Shown here: one piece after another, positions 37,152 through 46,946 of the stretch
Position numbering within the stretch: the first letter of the stretch is position 1
Layout: each line of letters begins with the position of its first letter
Source of the DNA: an uncultured bacterium
GTDB lineage: Bacteria > Patescibacteriota > Minisyncoccia > Minisyncoccales > UBA10102
Assembly (NCBI GenBank): GCA_913054235.1
Contig: CAJXJI010000001.1
Coordinates: 6,868 to 70,867, forward strand
Length of the DNA: 64,000 nt
Reading direction: 5' to 3'
Program-made: the position numbers and the translations under genes
The notes under the pieces: generated by a model
What the model was told of the DNA's origin: nothing
The model's database searches: none
The model's input: only the letters and a program-made list of their open reading frames with translations

Positions 37152-38148
37152 TTGCAGTTTTAAAAAGTTTCTTTGCTTCTTGCCAAAACTCTTCTCTTCC
37201 ATGAATCTTCTTCATTTGATACCACCATTCAGCGCCCCACAAATAAAAAGTATCTAAGCCAGTATTTTTTGCAAAGGCAATATTCTTTTGTAACTGCGTG
37301 AGACTCATAGTCTTTTCCTGTTCTTTAAATGTAGAATTTTCCAACTCTTCTTTAACCCAAGGTTCTGCCTGCAGCTCTCCTACTATCACCTCTTTACCAA
37401 AAAGCTTTTCTATGAGCCATGCCTTTCTTTGATATGAAATCGGGGGGAAAGGAGTAGTAAGAAAGGTATGCAACTCTTTTGACCATATCCTTTTATACAA
37501 AGTAACTGCCACCTTATCTCCGAGGCGCGCTGCATTCATCCACAGTGATAATTCTCCTGAATCTGAGACAAAGACCTCGTGCTCTGAATCCAACGATTGT
37601 ACCAAATTAACCTCATTTTGCAAGAATGAAAAGTCGCGCCAAGGACATTTGCCAAAGGGGAACAAGGGCTCATTTTCAACCTGCCAAGCAAAGAGAGCTT
37701 CATGATCCTTATACCTTAAAACCACTGTTTCAAGCATTTCTAATATCTCCTCTCGTAACTCCTCTTTTGTGAAAGTGTTTGCCCACTCTGGAATATGGCA
37801 CTCAGGCCACCTTGGAGTTTTCATACCTATTGCCAAGAGTATCTTAGCTCCCACGCGCTCTGCCTCATTTAATTGCCAATCTAGGTCTTTAAAGAAAAAC
37901 TCCTGGTTCTTTGGCTCCAAAATATCCCAATGAGCAGCAATCTTTAGATTTTTAACATTCAAGTCTTCAAGCAATGCTCCATACGTTTCCTTCCAGTCTG
38001 GATTTAAGTATGTTGCCTGTTTTTGAGAGAAATTAACTCCCCAAGTAATGTTCTCTGCCTCTTTTGCTTCTCCTATAAATAAAAACGCAAATACAGCAGA
38101 AAAAAGCACACTTAAGATAATAAAAAACAATCTTCTGCGTCTGAACAT
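37132..38148 (-). CDS. membrane-anchored glycoside hydrolase-like TIM-barrel protein (GH-A clan)
   Basis: N-terminal TM; WQVENEP acid/base and ELQAEPW nucleophile-like motifs; LWGAEWW. Confidence 0.7.
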   Translation of the reverse strand: MFRRRRLFFIILSVLFSAVFAFLFIGEAKEAENITWGVNFSQKQATYLNPDWKETYGALLEDLNVKNLKIAAHWDILEPKNQEFFFKDLDWQLNEAERVGAKILLAIGMKTPRWPECHIPEWANTFTKEELREEILEMLETVVLRYKDHEALFAWQVENEPLFPFGKCPWRDFSFLQNEVNLVQSLDSEHEVFVSDSGELSLWMNAARLGDKVAVTLYKRIWSKELHTFLTTPFPPISYQRKAWLIEKLFGKEVIVGELQAEPWVKEELENSTFKEQEKTMSLTQLQKNIAFAKNTGLDTFYLWGAEWWYQMKKIHGREEFWQEAKKLFKTANENPNF

Positions 38149-38216
38149 ATCATCACTCTACCAAAAAACCGCCTTTTTGGCGATTCTTATAAAACATACA
38201 TCATCTTTAATTTCAT

Positions 38217-39503
38217 TTAATCGCCATTTGATTCTATAACATTTGCAATGTTCGCTGCTCCATTGCGCTCCATTTCCACAAACCCTTGCATGGCAGCCTC
38301 TGCAAACAATCCTTGGTTTAAAAAGTCTACAATCCATTCTCCGGCATACTCCACTTTAAGTTGTGGTATAGCAGATCCCAAACGAGTCAGCCATTTTTGA
38401 TTCTGCACCTCTTGGGACCCTATAGGAGGACTTAAAAGTAAAGGGATGCCGAGAGCAGCATAGAAGCAAAGTTCAGAAGGCTTGGTCCATAAAATATCTG
38501 TCTTTCGCAAAACTTCAGTAAATCTTTTAAAATATTCATCCTTGGTTTTACAAAAGACCACCTCAACCTCTTTTTCAGACAACCCATTCTCTATTGCTGT
38601 TTTACTAAATCCTATAGCAGCATCCTTATGAGTAGCTGCCACCATGCACAATTTAACTTTCCCTTCTTTTATGAGTGGAGCTAAATATTGAATTATTTGT
38701 TTACCTAAGGCTTGCTGCGCCCCCGCTCCACCCACAGCAAATGTAATAACAACAGCTCCATCATGATACCTTGGCACCGAACCAAGATATGCTCTCACAA
38801 CATCGGCATATTTTGTGCGATATTTACTCTTTTGATCCAAGCGCACCAACCTTCTCCTCAAGTCTTCTTTGGTCTGTGAAAATCCTTCCTTGTTTGTAAA
38901 CTCCTCTGGTAACGGGAATCCAGTTAAAGTAATCTTTTCTTTTGTAATTCCATATTGCAAAAGACGTTCTGCAACCAGTTCACTGGGAGCTAGGTATTGA
39001 ATCTTGCTCTCTTTGGGAAAGAAGGGGACCCAAGCGCGAGCAGCATCACTATCGGTTACCAAAAGATAAATATCTCCTCTGTATTTCCAGTGCTCTGCCA
39101 TAAACCCTGGAACCGGAAATGTACAAATCATGGGAATTGGATCTTCATCCAATCTTTCCATTAAATGTCTTCCCCATTGTTTTTTCTCTATTAACCCATA
39201 AATGGTTCTGAGTTGAAGTCCTGGAGGTTCCAAGGGACGCTCCTTTGGATAAAACGGCTTTATCTCTTGCACCTTATCCATTAAGGAGAACGCCAAGTCT
39301 CCTAAAACCGGTACTTTCTTAAACTTTGAAATAAACTCATACACTCTTCGGGTTTCCCGCCACAGCGTTTGATCAAGCTCTGGAATACCAGGATAGTCAT
39401 TTGCGCTGATTACCTTTCCTCGAAATGCAATATGCCTCAATGCAAAAGCGGGACGCTGATGTCCGTATCCCATGTCCACCGCAACAACCCATGCTTTTTT
39501 CAT
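38217..39503 (-). CDS. GT-B fold glycosyltransferase (MGDG synthase/UgtP-like)
   Basis: MGYGHQR, VTDSD, TGFP, TKPSE, GSQE..N motifs. Confidence 0.65.
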   Translation of the reverse strand: MKKAWVVAVDMGYGHQRPAFALRHIAFRGKVISANDYPGIPELDQTLWRETRRVYEFISKFKKVPVLGDLAFSLMDKVQEIKPFYPKERPLEPPGLQLRTIYGLIEKKQWGRHLMERLDEDPIPMICTFPVPGFMAEHWKYRGDIYLLVTDSDAARAWVPFFPKESKIQYLAPSELVAERLLQYGITKEKITLTGFPLPEEFTNKEGFSQTKEDLRRRLVRLDQKSKYRTKYADVVRAYLGSVPRYHDGAVVITFAVGGAGAQQALGKQIIQYLAPLIKEGKVKLCMVAATHKDAAIGFSKTAIENGLSEKEVEVVFCKTKDEYFKRFTEVLRKTDILWTKPSELCFYAALGIPLLLSPPIGSQEVQNQKWLTRLGSAIPQLKVEYAGEWIVDFLNQGLFAEAAMQGFVEMERNGAANIANVIESNGD

Positions 39504-39507
39504 ACAT

Positions 39508-39818
39508 CTATAGTATCATTGTTTCTTCACGAAATAAAAATCGCTTTTTCTTTTGGAACCTCCATGCAAAAAAAGAAGCTGGCACCAATAAGGGAAGCAG
39601 TATCCATGCAGAAAATCCCTCAACATTGCTTGCTGCAAAAGGAAAATTAGAAAACATTGTGATAATAAAAGAGAGATATGAAAAAAGAAGTCCCACGGGG
39701 AAGACAAAAACAAAAGAAAGGAAATTAGAAAATATGAGGATGAAAAAAATGAGGCAAAAAAAATTCCGGCTCCAAAGGCCAGAATGCTGCCAAATACGAC
39801 TTGAGAAAACAGCATCAA
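39508..39818 (-). pseudogene. comEC: probable internally deleted comEC remnant
   Basis: Start overlapping ftsZ stop gives MLFSQVVFGSILAFGAGIFFASFF (ComEC-like N-terminus); a different frame gives FPVGLLFSYLSFIITMFSNFPFAA...WRF (ComEC-like C-terminus); core competence domain absent. Confidence 0.5.
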
Positions 39819-40762
39819 GAAAACATTCCTTTTTTAAAGCCTGTGGCAATAAGGGTAATCTTTACCTCTCCTGCTTTAAGCCCTTTATCGTACACAGCGC
39901 CAAAAATTATGGAGGCATCTTGCGCAACCTTTTCTTTAATCTTTTGCGCTGCCTCATTTACCTCAGAGAGCGAAAGATCATCTCCTCCCGCCACGTTAAA
40001 AAGCACTCCCTGAGCTCCCTGAATAGACATATTGAGCAAAGGTGAGTGAAGCGCTGTCTCCAGGGCCTGTTCAATACGCTGCTCTCCTTTTGCCTTTCCT
40101 ACTCCAAATACTGCCTGCCCAGCTGAACTCATAATACTTCTTACATCCGCAAAGTCCACGTTGATAATTCCAGGAACCATAATAAGGTCAGAAATACCTT
40201 GTACCGCCTGACGCAAGATTTCATCTGCCTGCCAAAAAGCAGAGAGTACGGTAGTGTCTTTGGATGCTAATTCCAAAATCTGGTCATTTTCAATAACCAA
40301 AAGAGTATCTACCTTGCCTTGAAGCTCTTGTAAAGCCTTGTCTGCTAATCTATTTCTCCAGTTTCCTTCAAACGAGAAAGGTTTGGTTACTACCGCAACA
40401 GTCAAAATCTTTTGTGCTCGTGCCATTTCAGCTATGGGGATAATGGCTCCTCCTCCTGTTCCTCCTCCCAAACCTGCTGCCAAAAACACCATATCAGCTC
40501 CACTAAGTGCCTCCACCAACTCTTCTTTACTTTCCAAAGCAGCCTTCTTTCCTAACTCCGGGTTCATGCCAGCTCCTAGTCCCTTAGTACTTTCTTTGCC
40601 AATACGAATCTTATGATGTGCCCTGATTTTTTTTAAGTCTTGTGCATCTGTATTAATCGCAACAAGATCAACACCTTTAATCTTGGCCTGTACCATGCGA
40701 TCCACCGCATTACTCCCACCTCCTCCTATTCCAAACACTTTAATTACTGTTTTTGGATTCAT
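39815..40762 (-). CDS. ftsZ: cell division protein FtsZ (no C-terminal tail)
   Basis: GIGGGGSNAV, NTDAQ, GLGAG, GGGTGGG, PFSFEG, NVDFAD; ends ATGFKKGMFS. Confidence 0.95.
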   Translation of the reverse strand: MNPKTVIKVFGIGGGGSNAVDRMVQAKIKGVDLVAINTDAQDLKKIRAHHKIRIGKESTKGLGAGMNPELGKKAALESKEELVEALSGADMVFLAAGLGGGTGGGAIIPIAEMARAQKILTVAVVTKPFSFEGNWRNRLADKALQELQGKVDTLLVIENDQILELASKDTTVLSAFWQADEILRQAVQGISDLIMVPGIINVDFADVRSIMSSAGQAVFGVGKAKGEQRIEQALETALHSPLLNMSIQGAQGVLFNVAGGDDLSLSEVNEAAQKIKEKVAQDASIIFGAVYDKGLKAGEVKITLIATGFKKGMFS

Positions 40763-40768
40763 CTAATC

Positions 40769-41971
40769 TTAAGGAATAAAAGACTTTAATAATTTCTTTA
40801 AAAATCCTGCTGTGCGAGAAGATTTTTGCGTTACACTTGTTGATTCTTCATCTTGCAAATTACCTACCAGAAGACCAAGAACCCCCAGAAATGCAGGGTC
40901 CTCTTGGAGTGTAATCAAACCTTTTGCGCTCCCTATTTTTACAGGAAGCTTTAGCTCTTTTTTGGCAAATTCCGCTATTTTTGGCAATTTTGCTCCTCCA
41001 CCACATATTACCACACCTCCTGGCAATTGACCTTGCTTGCCTAATTTCTTTAGTTCTTTATTTAAAAGTTGAAAGATTTCTTTTACTCGCTCCTCAATAA
41101 TGTGGCCTACAAACTTTGAAGAAAAAGTAAAGGTTTCTCCATTGGCAAGCTCAATCTTTTCCATGCGCTTTCCTTTGGAGCCAAGACATGTTCCAAATTC
41201 GGTTTTAATACGCTCTGCTAAGTCATGCTCAATCCGCAAACCAATAGCAATATCGTGAGTAATGTTTTCTGCTCCCACGGGAAGAATAGCAATATGCTTT
41301 AAATCTTCCTCTTCAAACACCGCAAGCGATGTGGTTCCAGCTCCCAACTCTACTACAGCTACACCCATTTCTTTTTCTTGAGCACTAAGCATTCCATAAG
41401 CCGCTGCCAGAGGACTTGGCACCACTCCTGCAATCTCAAGATTTGCTTCTAGTACAGCGGCAGTCAGGTTTTTTAAATCAGGAGAAAACAAACACACTGC
41501 AATAACATCTGTTTCCAAGCGCACTGCTTTCATGCCAATAGGCTCTCGAATACCTTCCTCTCCATCTACTACATACTGAGTAGGGTAAGCCTCCAATATT
41601 TCCTGATTTTGAGATAAAGAAAAAGTCTGCGCAGCTTGCAGAACTCTATCCACATCCTCTTTTGAAATATCGCCATCGGCCCGAGATACCGCAACCAATC
41701 CATGGGAAGAAACCGCAAAAAGCCTGCTTCCTCCCAAAGAAACTATCACCTCTTTAATGTGGACAGATGTCATCTGCTCTGCTTTGCGCACCAAAGATGC
41801 AATGCGTTTTGCTGTTTCCTCTGGACGTACCACCACGCTCTTTCGAACTCCGGAACTAGGTTCTTCAACCACACCCAAAATCTCCAAACCTCCGTCTTCT
41901 TTAATCTTAGCTATTGCCATCTTTAAAGAGTTTGTTCCAATGTCTAATGCAACAAGGATACGTTGTTTCAT
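40769..41971 (-). CDS. ftsA: cell division protein FtsA
   Basis: LDIGT, ELGAGTT, AERIK, GGGAKL actin-like motifs; upstream of ftsZ. Confidence 0.95.
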   Translation of the reverse strand: MKQRILVALDIGTNSLKMAIAKIKEDGGLEILGVVEEPSSGVRKSVVVRPEETAKRIASLVRKAEQMTSVHIKEVIVSLGGSRLFAVSSHGLVAVSRADGDISKEDVDRVLQAAQTFSLSQNQEILEAYPTQYVVDGEEGIREPIGMKAVRLETDVIAVCLFSPDLKNLTAAVLEANLEIAGVVPSPLAAAYGMLSAQEKEMGVAVVELGAGTTSLAVFEEEDLKHIAILPVGAENITHDIAIGLRIEHDLAERIKTEFGTCLGSKGKRMEKIELANGETFTFSSKFVGHIIEERVKEIFQLLNKELKKLGKQGQLPGGVVICGGGAKLPKIAEFAKKELKLPVKIGSAKGLITLQEDPAFLGVLGLLVGNLQDEESTSVTQKSSRTAGFLKKLLKSFIP

Positions 41972-42360
41972 ATAAGATATTTCTTTTCTTTTTGAGTCAT
42001 TATCTTTTCATTTTTTGAAGTTTCATGGTCATATCCTAAAAGATGCAAAAGACCATGTACAAACATCCAAGAAATAGCCCTCTTAAAGGATATCTTATAT
42101 TCTAGCGCATCTTTGGCAATCACAGAAGGGCACAGAACAATCTCTCCTAAAGCTTCTTTGGCACCAGGAAAGGCAAGCACGTTAGTTGCCTTATCCTTAT
42201 CTCTATATGCTTTATTAAGCTTACGCATTTTTTGAGGACTTACTATAACTACTGAGACATCCATGCTCCTTGGTTTTTCCTTTTTAAGAACACGTTCTGC
42301 CAAAAGCTTGAGTGCGCTAACAGGTACCTTCTTTTTTGTGAGATTTTGTATTTCAATCAT
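41968..42360 (-). CDS. ybeY: rRNA maturation RNase YbeY
   Basis: LN..YR.KDKATNVLAF, LGEIVLC, HGLLHLLGYDH. Confidence 0.92.
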   Translation of the reverse strand: MIEIQNLTKKKVPVSALKLLAERVLKKEKPRSMDVSVVIVSPQKMRKLNKAYRDKDKATNVLAFPGAKEALGEIVLCPSVIAKDALEYKISFKRAISWMFVHGLLHLLGYDHETSKNEKIMTQKEKKYLI

Positions 42361-42492
42361 TATATTCATCTTATTGTAATACCTTTTTGACAAGAAAGGA
42401 ATTAATCTAAGTATTGACAAAATTATTAAATTATGTTATATTAATAATATTCCCAATTCTCATAGGGAAAAAATATAGCTTGGAGACATACC

Positions 42493-42843
42493 TTGAATAA
42501 AATTACTAAAGTACTAGCTGGTTTACTTTTGGTGGCTGCGCTGCTAATGAGCGCAATTCCCTTATTCTCCCCCAATATTACAGACCAACGCCTCAATCTC
42601 CTTCTTGAGAAGGGCTTCCCAGTCTGGTTATACGAGGACGACGGAATCAATCAAGGAGGGAGAATCCCGGTCCCCGCAAGAATCAAATTCCTATTCGTGA
42701 ACGATCAAAGCGGGACTTCCGCAGAAGACAATCGTCTCACGTTCGTAATTTCAAGAGAAGAAGAGTCTAAGGGTCTATTCAGAGATGGAACACGCATCAT
42801 CGTGCATGTCTCTGACGAGAACATCCGGCCCCCAAGACAATGA
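42493..42843 (+). CDS. hypothetical exported protein, stand-alone unit
   Basis: Promoter TTGACA(42414)-17-TATATT, GGAG SD, TTG start, signal peptide, terminator 42867-42900. Confidence 0.65.
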   Translation: MNKITKVLAGLLLVAALLMSAIPLFSPNITDQRLNLLLEKGFPVWLYEDDGINQGGRIPVPARIKFLFVNDQSGTSAEDNRLTFVISREEESKGLFRDGTRIIVHVSDENIRPPRQ

Positions 42844-42866
42844 TCTCAATCAATCTCGCTACAACC

Positions 42867-42900
42867 AAAAACCCCGACAGACTCCAATCTGTTGGGGTTT
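42867..42900. terminator. bidirectional terminator
   Basis: AAACCCCGACAGA-..-TCTGTTGGGGTTT between convergent genes. Confidence 0.75.
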
Positions 42901-42918
42901 GTCATTTCTATACTACAA

Positions 42919-43380
42919 TTAGCCTGCGATCTTTATAGAATCAATATAGTAAGTATCAAGTATTTTAAGAATACGCATCAATCGAACCTGCGGAAGCAAG
43001 TCTTCATTCTCAATCTCTACCTGTGCTCGAAACTCACTTACACCTACCTGATCTAACTGTATAATTCTATGTCCCAAGATACGCTCTGTTAGAGAAAATG
43101 CGCCTTCTTCCTCTTGTACCACTGCATTTTCTGTAAGAAAACGAAGAGCAAGTTTTGAATTTCCTTGTTCCAAAGCATCAAGAAAAGAAACAATAGTTTC
43201 TTTTGCAGACTTCCTTTCTATCTCTTCTCTTTGCTCAAGTAACTGCTTCTCAATTAAAGGTAAACGTTTTTCCTCTAAGCGATAATACTGCCATGCAAGT
43301 ACAAGCTGCCCTATAACAACTGCAATAATTGCTATGGCAACGCCTTTCCATGCCTCTTTATTTAAAAATCTAGGCTCCAT
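42919..43380 (-). CDS. membrane-anchored hypothetical protein (NTF2-like C-terminal domain possible)
   Basis: TM, coiled coil, FLDALEQG...ALRFLT pattern. Confidence 0.6.
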   Translation of the reverse strand: MEPRFLNKEAWKGVAIAIIAVVIGQLVLAWQYYRLEEKRLPLIEKQLLEQREEIERKSAKETIVSFLDALEQGNSKLALRFLTENAVVQEEEGAFSLTERILGHRIIQLDQVGVSEFRAQVEIENEDLLPQVRLMRILKILDTYYIDSIKIAG

Positions 43381-43393
43381 TATATTATACCAA

Positions 43394-43837
43394 TTAAGCT
43401 GCCAAGAGCTCTTGCACGGTTTTTGCTACTAAAGCTCCGTCTGCCTTTCCTTTCACCTGTGGGGCTAGCTCTCCCATGACCTTACCCATATCTTTTTGAT
43501 CTGTAGCACCAGTCTTTTCAATGGCTTTTACGGCCAAGTCTTTAATCTCCTCCTCTGTTAATTGTGAAGGAAGATAAGGAAGCAAAACTTCAAGCTCTGC
43601 TTGTTCTTTTTGTGCAAGCTCTGGCCTTTCTCCTTTTATAAAAGCTTCTTTTGCCTCCCTGCGCTTTTTTGCCTCAAATAAAACCACATCTAAAAACTGC
43701 TCTTCTGTAACCTCTTTGCCTTCTTTCTCTTTGTTCATTATGGCAGCAAGTAACATCCGTAATGTTAAAGAGCGAACCTCATCTCTTGCTTTAAGCGATA
43801 CTTTAAGGTCCTCTTGTACTTTGTCTTTTAGAGACAT
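43394..43837 (-). CDS. GatB/YqeY domain protein
   Basis: EAKKRREA..AF..G.R.ELA.KE..E...L..YLP.QL, DMGKVMG, GKADG. Confidence 0.92.
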   Translation of the reverse strand: MSLKDKVQEDLKVSLKARDEVRSLTLRMLLAAIMNKEKEGKEVTEEQFLDVVLFEAKKRREAKEAFIKGERPELAQKEQAELEVLLPYLPSQLTEEEIKDLAVKAIEKTGATDQKDMGKVMGELAPQVKGKADGALVAKTVQELLAA

Positions 43838-43858
43838 TTTAATAAATCAAATAATGTA

Positions 43859-44083
43859 TTATATTTGTCCGAGCTTTTGTTTTTTCTCATATATTGCTCG
43901 CGTTTCTATTTTGCGCAGTACCGCCTTCTTTCTCATCTGAACTGATTTTGGGCGTTTTTTAAATTGAGATTTCTTTGCGTTAATCAAAATACCACTATCC
44001 CGTAAGCGCTTGGTAAAACGACGAATAAGGGCTTGATTAGTTTCCCTTTCTTTTCTTACAATTTCAAACTTAGGTTTTTTCAT
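43859..44083 (-). CDS. rpsU: 30S ribosomal protein bS21-like
   Basis: Basic 74 aa, E....LIRRF.K....SGIL...K..F...PKS; HIT-rpsU-yqeY synteny. Confidence 0.75.
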   Translation of the reverse strand: MKKPKFEIVRKERETNQALIRRFTKRLRDSGILINAKKSQFKKRPKSVQMRKKAVLRKIETRAIYEKKQKLGQI

Positions 44084-44403
44084 GATTTCTTGTCTGCCAA
44101 TAAGTGAAGGTGGATGTGGTCTACAACCTGTCCCCCTTCCTTGCCAACATTAAAGTGAAGCTTATATCCAGCAAGATTATGCTGACGTGCGACCTTTTGC
44201 GCAGTTAGTATTAAACTACCCATTAATTCTTTGTCTTCCTTTTCAACATGGTCAATGGAATGAATATGTTTTCTTGGAATAATTAAAAGATGTAGCGGAG
44301 CTTGAGGATTAATATCGTTAAACACAACAAATGTGTCATCTTCATATACAATATCAGAGGATACCTCTTTTTTTGCTATCTTACAAAACAAGCAATCTTC
44401 CAT
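44080..44403 (-). CDS. histidine triad (HINT) nucleotide-binding protein
   Basis: CLFCKI, DINPQAP.H.LIIP, HIHLHLL. Confidence 0.92.
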   Translation of the reverse strand: MEDCLFCKIAKKEVSSDIVYEDDTFVVFNDINPQAPLHLLIIPRKHIHSIDHVEKEDKELMGSLILTAQKVARQHNLAGYKLHFNVGKEGGQVVDHIHLHLLADKKS

Positions 44404-44407
44404 GTGA

Positions 44408-45712
44408 CTACTTCTTCAAACGCTTCCTTAACTCCTCTACAACCTTATCCATTTTTACTATTGCCTGCTCCCCTGTATCCATTTTACGAATAACAATGGT
44501 TTCATCCAACATTTCTCGCTGCCCTAGAATTAATGTATATTCTACTTCCAGTTTATCTGCTCTGGCTAATTGCGTTCGCAATGAATCCCGTCCCAAAGAT
44601 TCTGTAATGGAAATCTTTGCCCTGCGTAATTCCTCCAAAAGCTTTAAGCTCTTTTTCTTTGGCAAATCTCCAAGTTGAGCCAAAAATACCTTGGGGACAG
44701 GAATCTCTGCTCCAAGAAATCCTTTTTCTTTCATTAAAGCAACAATGCGCTCAACACCCGCTGCTCCCCCCATAGCAGGAACATCTTTTCCTCCCAATAG
44801 CCTTACTAAATTATCATACCTTCCTCCTCCTACCAAAGCGCTTCTGGTGACTGTTTCTTCTCCTTCTTTTTGCTCTACCGTGCTTTCAGAAAAAATCTCA
44901 AACACAGTCTTTGTATAATAGTCCAATCCACGAACCAAATAAGGGTCCAGGTGATAAGGAAGATCAATTTCATCCAAAAATTCCAACAGAGACTTAAAGT
45001 GCGTCTTGCAACTATCACACAAGTGATCTAAGAATTGCGGAGCTTGAGCTTTCACTCTTTGACACTTCTCTTCCTTACAATCCAATACACGAAGAGGGTT
45101 TTCTCGTATTCTTCTCCTACAATCAGCACAAAGAGAATTCTGACGAGGACGTAAGTAGTTTACCAGCACCTTTTTATAATAAGGGCGACACTGAGCATCT
45201 CCAATAGAGTTTACCTCAATAATGAGATGGCTAAATTTCAAGTCCCTTAAAAACGCATAGAAGATCTGAATAATCTGGGCATCAATAGCAGCACTCTCCT
45301 CCCCAAATACTTCAAAGTCCACCTGGTTAAATTGTCTAAACCTTCCTGCTTGAGGATGTTCATAGCGAAACAAAGGTCCATACGTATAGAGCTTTACTGG
45401 TTGAGGGAGATTAAGCATACCATTTTCATTAAACGCCCGAACAATTCCTGGAGTAAACTCAGGACGCATTGCCAAGACATCTCCTCCTTTAGTTTTTATG
45501 GTATACATTTGTTTTTCCACAATATCGGTGGACTGTCCGGTACCTCTTTCGTACAATTCTGAATCCTCCACCATAGGAGTATCTATTTTCCCAAAACCAT
45601 AAAACCTTGCTATGTCGTCTACCGTGCGGTAGATTTTCTCAAAGTATGGTTGCTCCTCTGGCAGGATATCTTTCATACCAGTTGGACGCTGAAATTTTGG
45701 TCTTTTTGCCAT
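44408..45712 (-). CDS. hisS: histidine--tRNA ligase
   Basis: RPEFT, FRYEHPQAGRFRQF, LVRGLDYY, GGGRYD; start trimmed to MAKRPK. Confidence 0.97.
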   Translation of the reverse strand: MAKRPKFQRPTGMKDILPEEQPYFEKIYRTVDDIARFYGFGKIDTPMVEDSELYERGTGQSTDIVEKQMYTIKTKGGDVLAMRPEFTPGIVRAFNENGMLNLPQPVKLYTYGPLFRYEHPQAGRFRQFNQVDFEVFGEESAAIDAQIIQIFYAFLRDLKFSHLIIEVNSIGDAQCRPYYKKVLVNYLRPRQNSLCADCRRRIRENPLRVLDCKEEKCQRVKAQAPQFLDHLCDSCKTHFKSLLEFLDEIDLPYHLDPYLVRGLDYYTKTVFEIFSESTVEQKEGEETVTRSALVGGGRYDNLVRLLGGKDVPAMGGAAGVERIVALMKEKGFLGAEIPVPKVFLAQLGDLPKKKSLKLLEELRRAKISITESLGRDSLRTQLARADKLEVEYTLILGQREMLDETIVIRKMDTGEQAIVKMDKVVEELRKRLKK

Positions 45713-45713
45713 A

Positions 45714-46274
45714 TTATTTAGTTGGAATAATTTCTTTTGCAAAAGCTTCAAGAGAAAAGACACTTAAAAATACTCTCCCTACAATCAAATCTTCTTCCAA
45801 GATTCCCCATTTGCGCGAATCTGAAGAAAAAGACCTATTATCTCCCAAAACAAAATATTCTTCTTCTTTTAAATCAATGCGAACATCGCCTGGAGTTTGA
45901 AGACTAAGAGGAAGATATATTGATTCATCCAACACAATGGCATCTCTTCCATTCTCTTCTTTCTCTCCATACACTACCACTTTACCATCTTTCACTTCTA
46001 CGGTTTCCCCTGGCAATCCTACGATTCTTTTAATAAAGCGTTGAGAGGAATCAAGCGGAAACTTCAATACAATGACTTCACCTCGCTCGGGAGAACGAAA
46101 ACGATAGGAAAGCTGATCTACAATAAGGTAGTCCCCTGTATGGTAATTTGGTTCCATAGAATCTCCTCTAACCAAAAAAGGCTGGAACACAAAAACCCGA
46201 AGAGGTACTACTATAACTAAAGCAATGACAACTACCTTGCCTACCTCAAGAATAAATTGGAGGAGTCCTTTCAT
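45714..46274 (-). CDS. lepB: signal peptidase I
   Basis: GDSMEP, FIKRIVGLPGE, VLGDNR..SSDSR. Confidence 0.93.
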   Translation of the reverse strand: MKGLLQFILEVGKVVVIALVIVVPLRVFVFQPFLVRGDSMEPNYHTGDYLIVDQLSYRFRSPERGEVIVLKFPLDSSQRFIKRIVGLPGETVEVKDGKVVVYGEKEENGRDAIVLDESIYLPLSLQTPGDVRIDLKEEEYFVLGDNRSFSSDSRKWGILEEDLIVGRVFLSVFSLEAFAKEIIPTK

Positions 46275-46376
46275 AATTGTCTCATTATACTCCATTATTA
46301 TCACAAATTCAAGTGCTCTTTTTCTCCATAAAGCAGTCCCTAAGCACATCTTTAAAATGATGCTATATTATATGTA

Positions 46377-46898
46377 ATGTATCTTATTGTAGGACTTGGA
46401 AACCCAGGAAAGAGTTATATAAAAACCAGACATAATGTTGGTTTTTTAATGATAGATGAATTACAAAAGAGATATAGTTTCCCGGAATTTACTTTATCTA
46501 AAAAACATACTTCTCTTGTTTCAGAGGGCATTGTGAATGAAACCAAGGTACTCTTGGCAAAGCCCCAAACCTTTATGAATAATTCTGGCAAAGCAGTAAA
46601 GTCTTTTGCCAAAGCAAAACCCACGCTCATCGTCGTACACGACGATATTGATATTCCCTTGGGGAGCATAAAAGTTTCTGAGAATAGAGGATCAGCAGGA
46701 CACAAAGGAATTGATTCCATTATCCAGTCTCTGGGAACAAAGAATTTCACCAGGATAAGGATAGGTATTCGGCCAACAAAAGGAAAGCCAGATAATATAG
46801 AAAAATTTGTCTTAAAGTCTTTTTCATCAACAGAAACAAAACTTCTCACACCTAGCATTGCTGATGCAATGCAAAATCTTCTTTTATTGGTGAAATAA
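46377..46898 (+). CDS. pth: peptidyl-tRNA hydrolase
   Basis: VGLGNPG, TRHNVG, KPQTFMN.SG, HDDID, GH.G. Confidence 0.95.
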   Translation: MYLIVGLGNPGKSYIKTRHNVGFLMIDELQKRYSFPEFTLSKKHTSLVSEGIVNETKVLLAKPQTFMNNSGKAVKSFAKAKPTLIVVHDDIDIPLGSIKVSENRGSAGHKGIDSIIQSLGTKNFTRIRIGIRPTKGKPDNIEKFVLKSFSSTETKLLTPSIADAMQNLLLLVK

Positions 46899-46899
46899 T

Positions 46900-46928
46900 A
46901 AAACCGGGATCATTTGATCCCGGTTTTT
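46900..46928. terminator. bidirectional terminator
   Basis: AAAACCGGGATC-attt-GATCCCGGTTTT between convergent genes. Confidence 0.85.
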
Positions 46929-46946
46929 AGGTTTCAGGCTAAGTGC

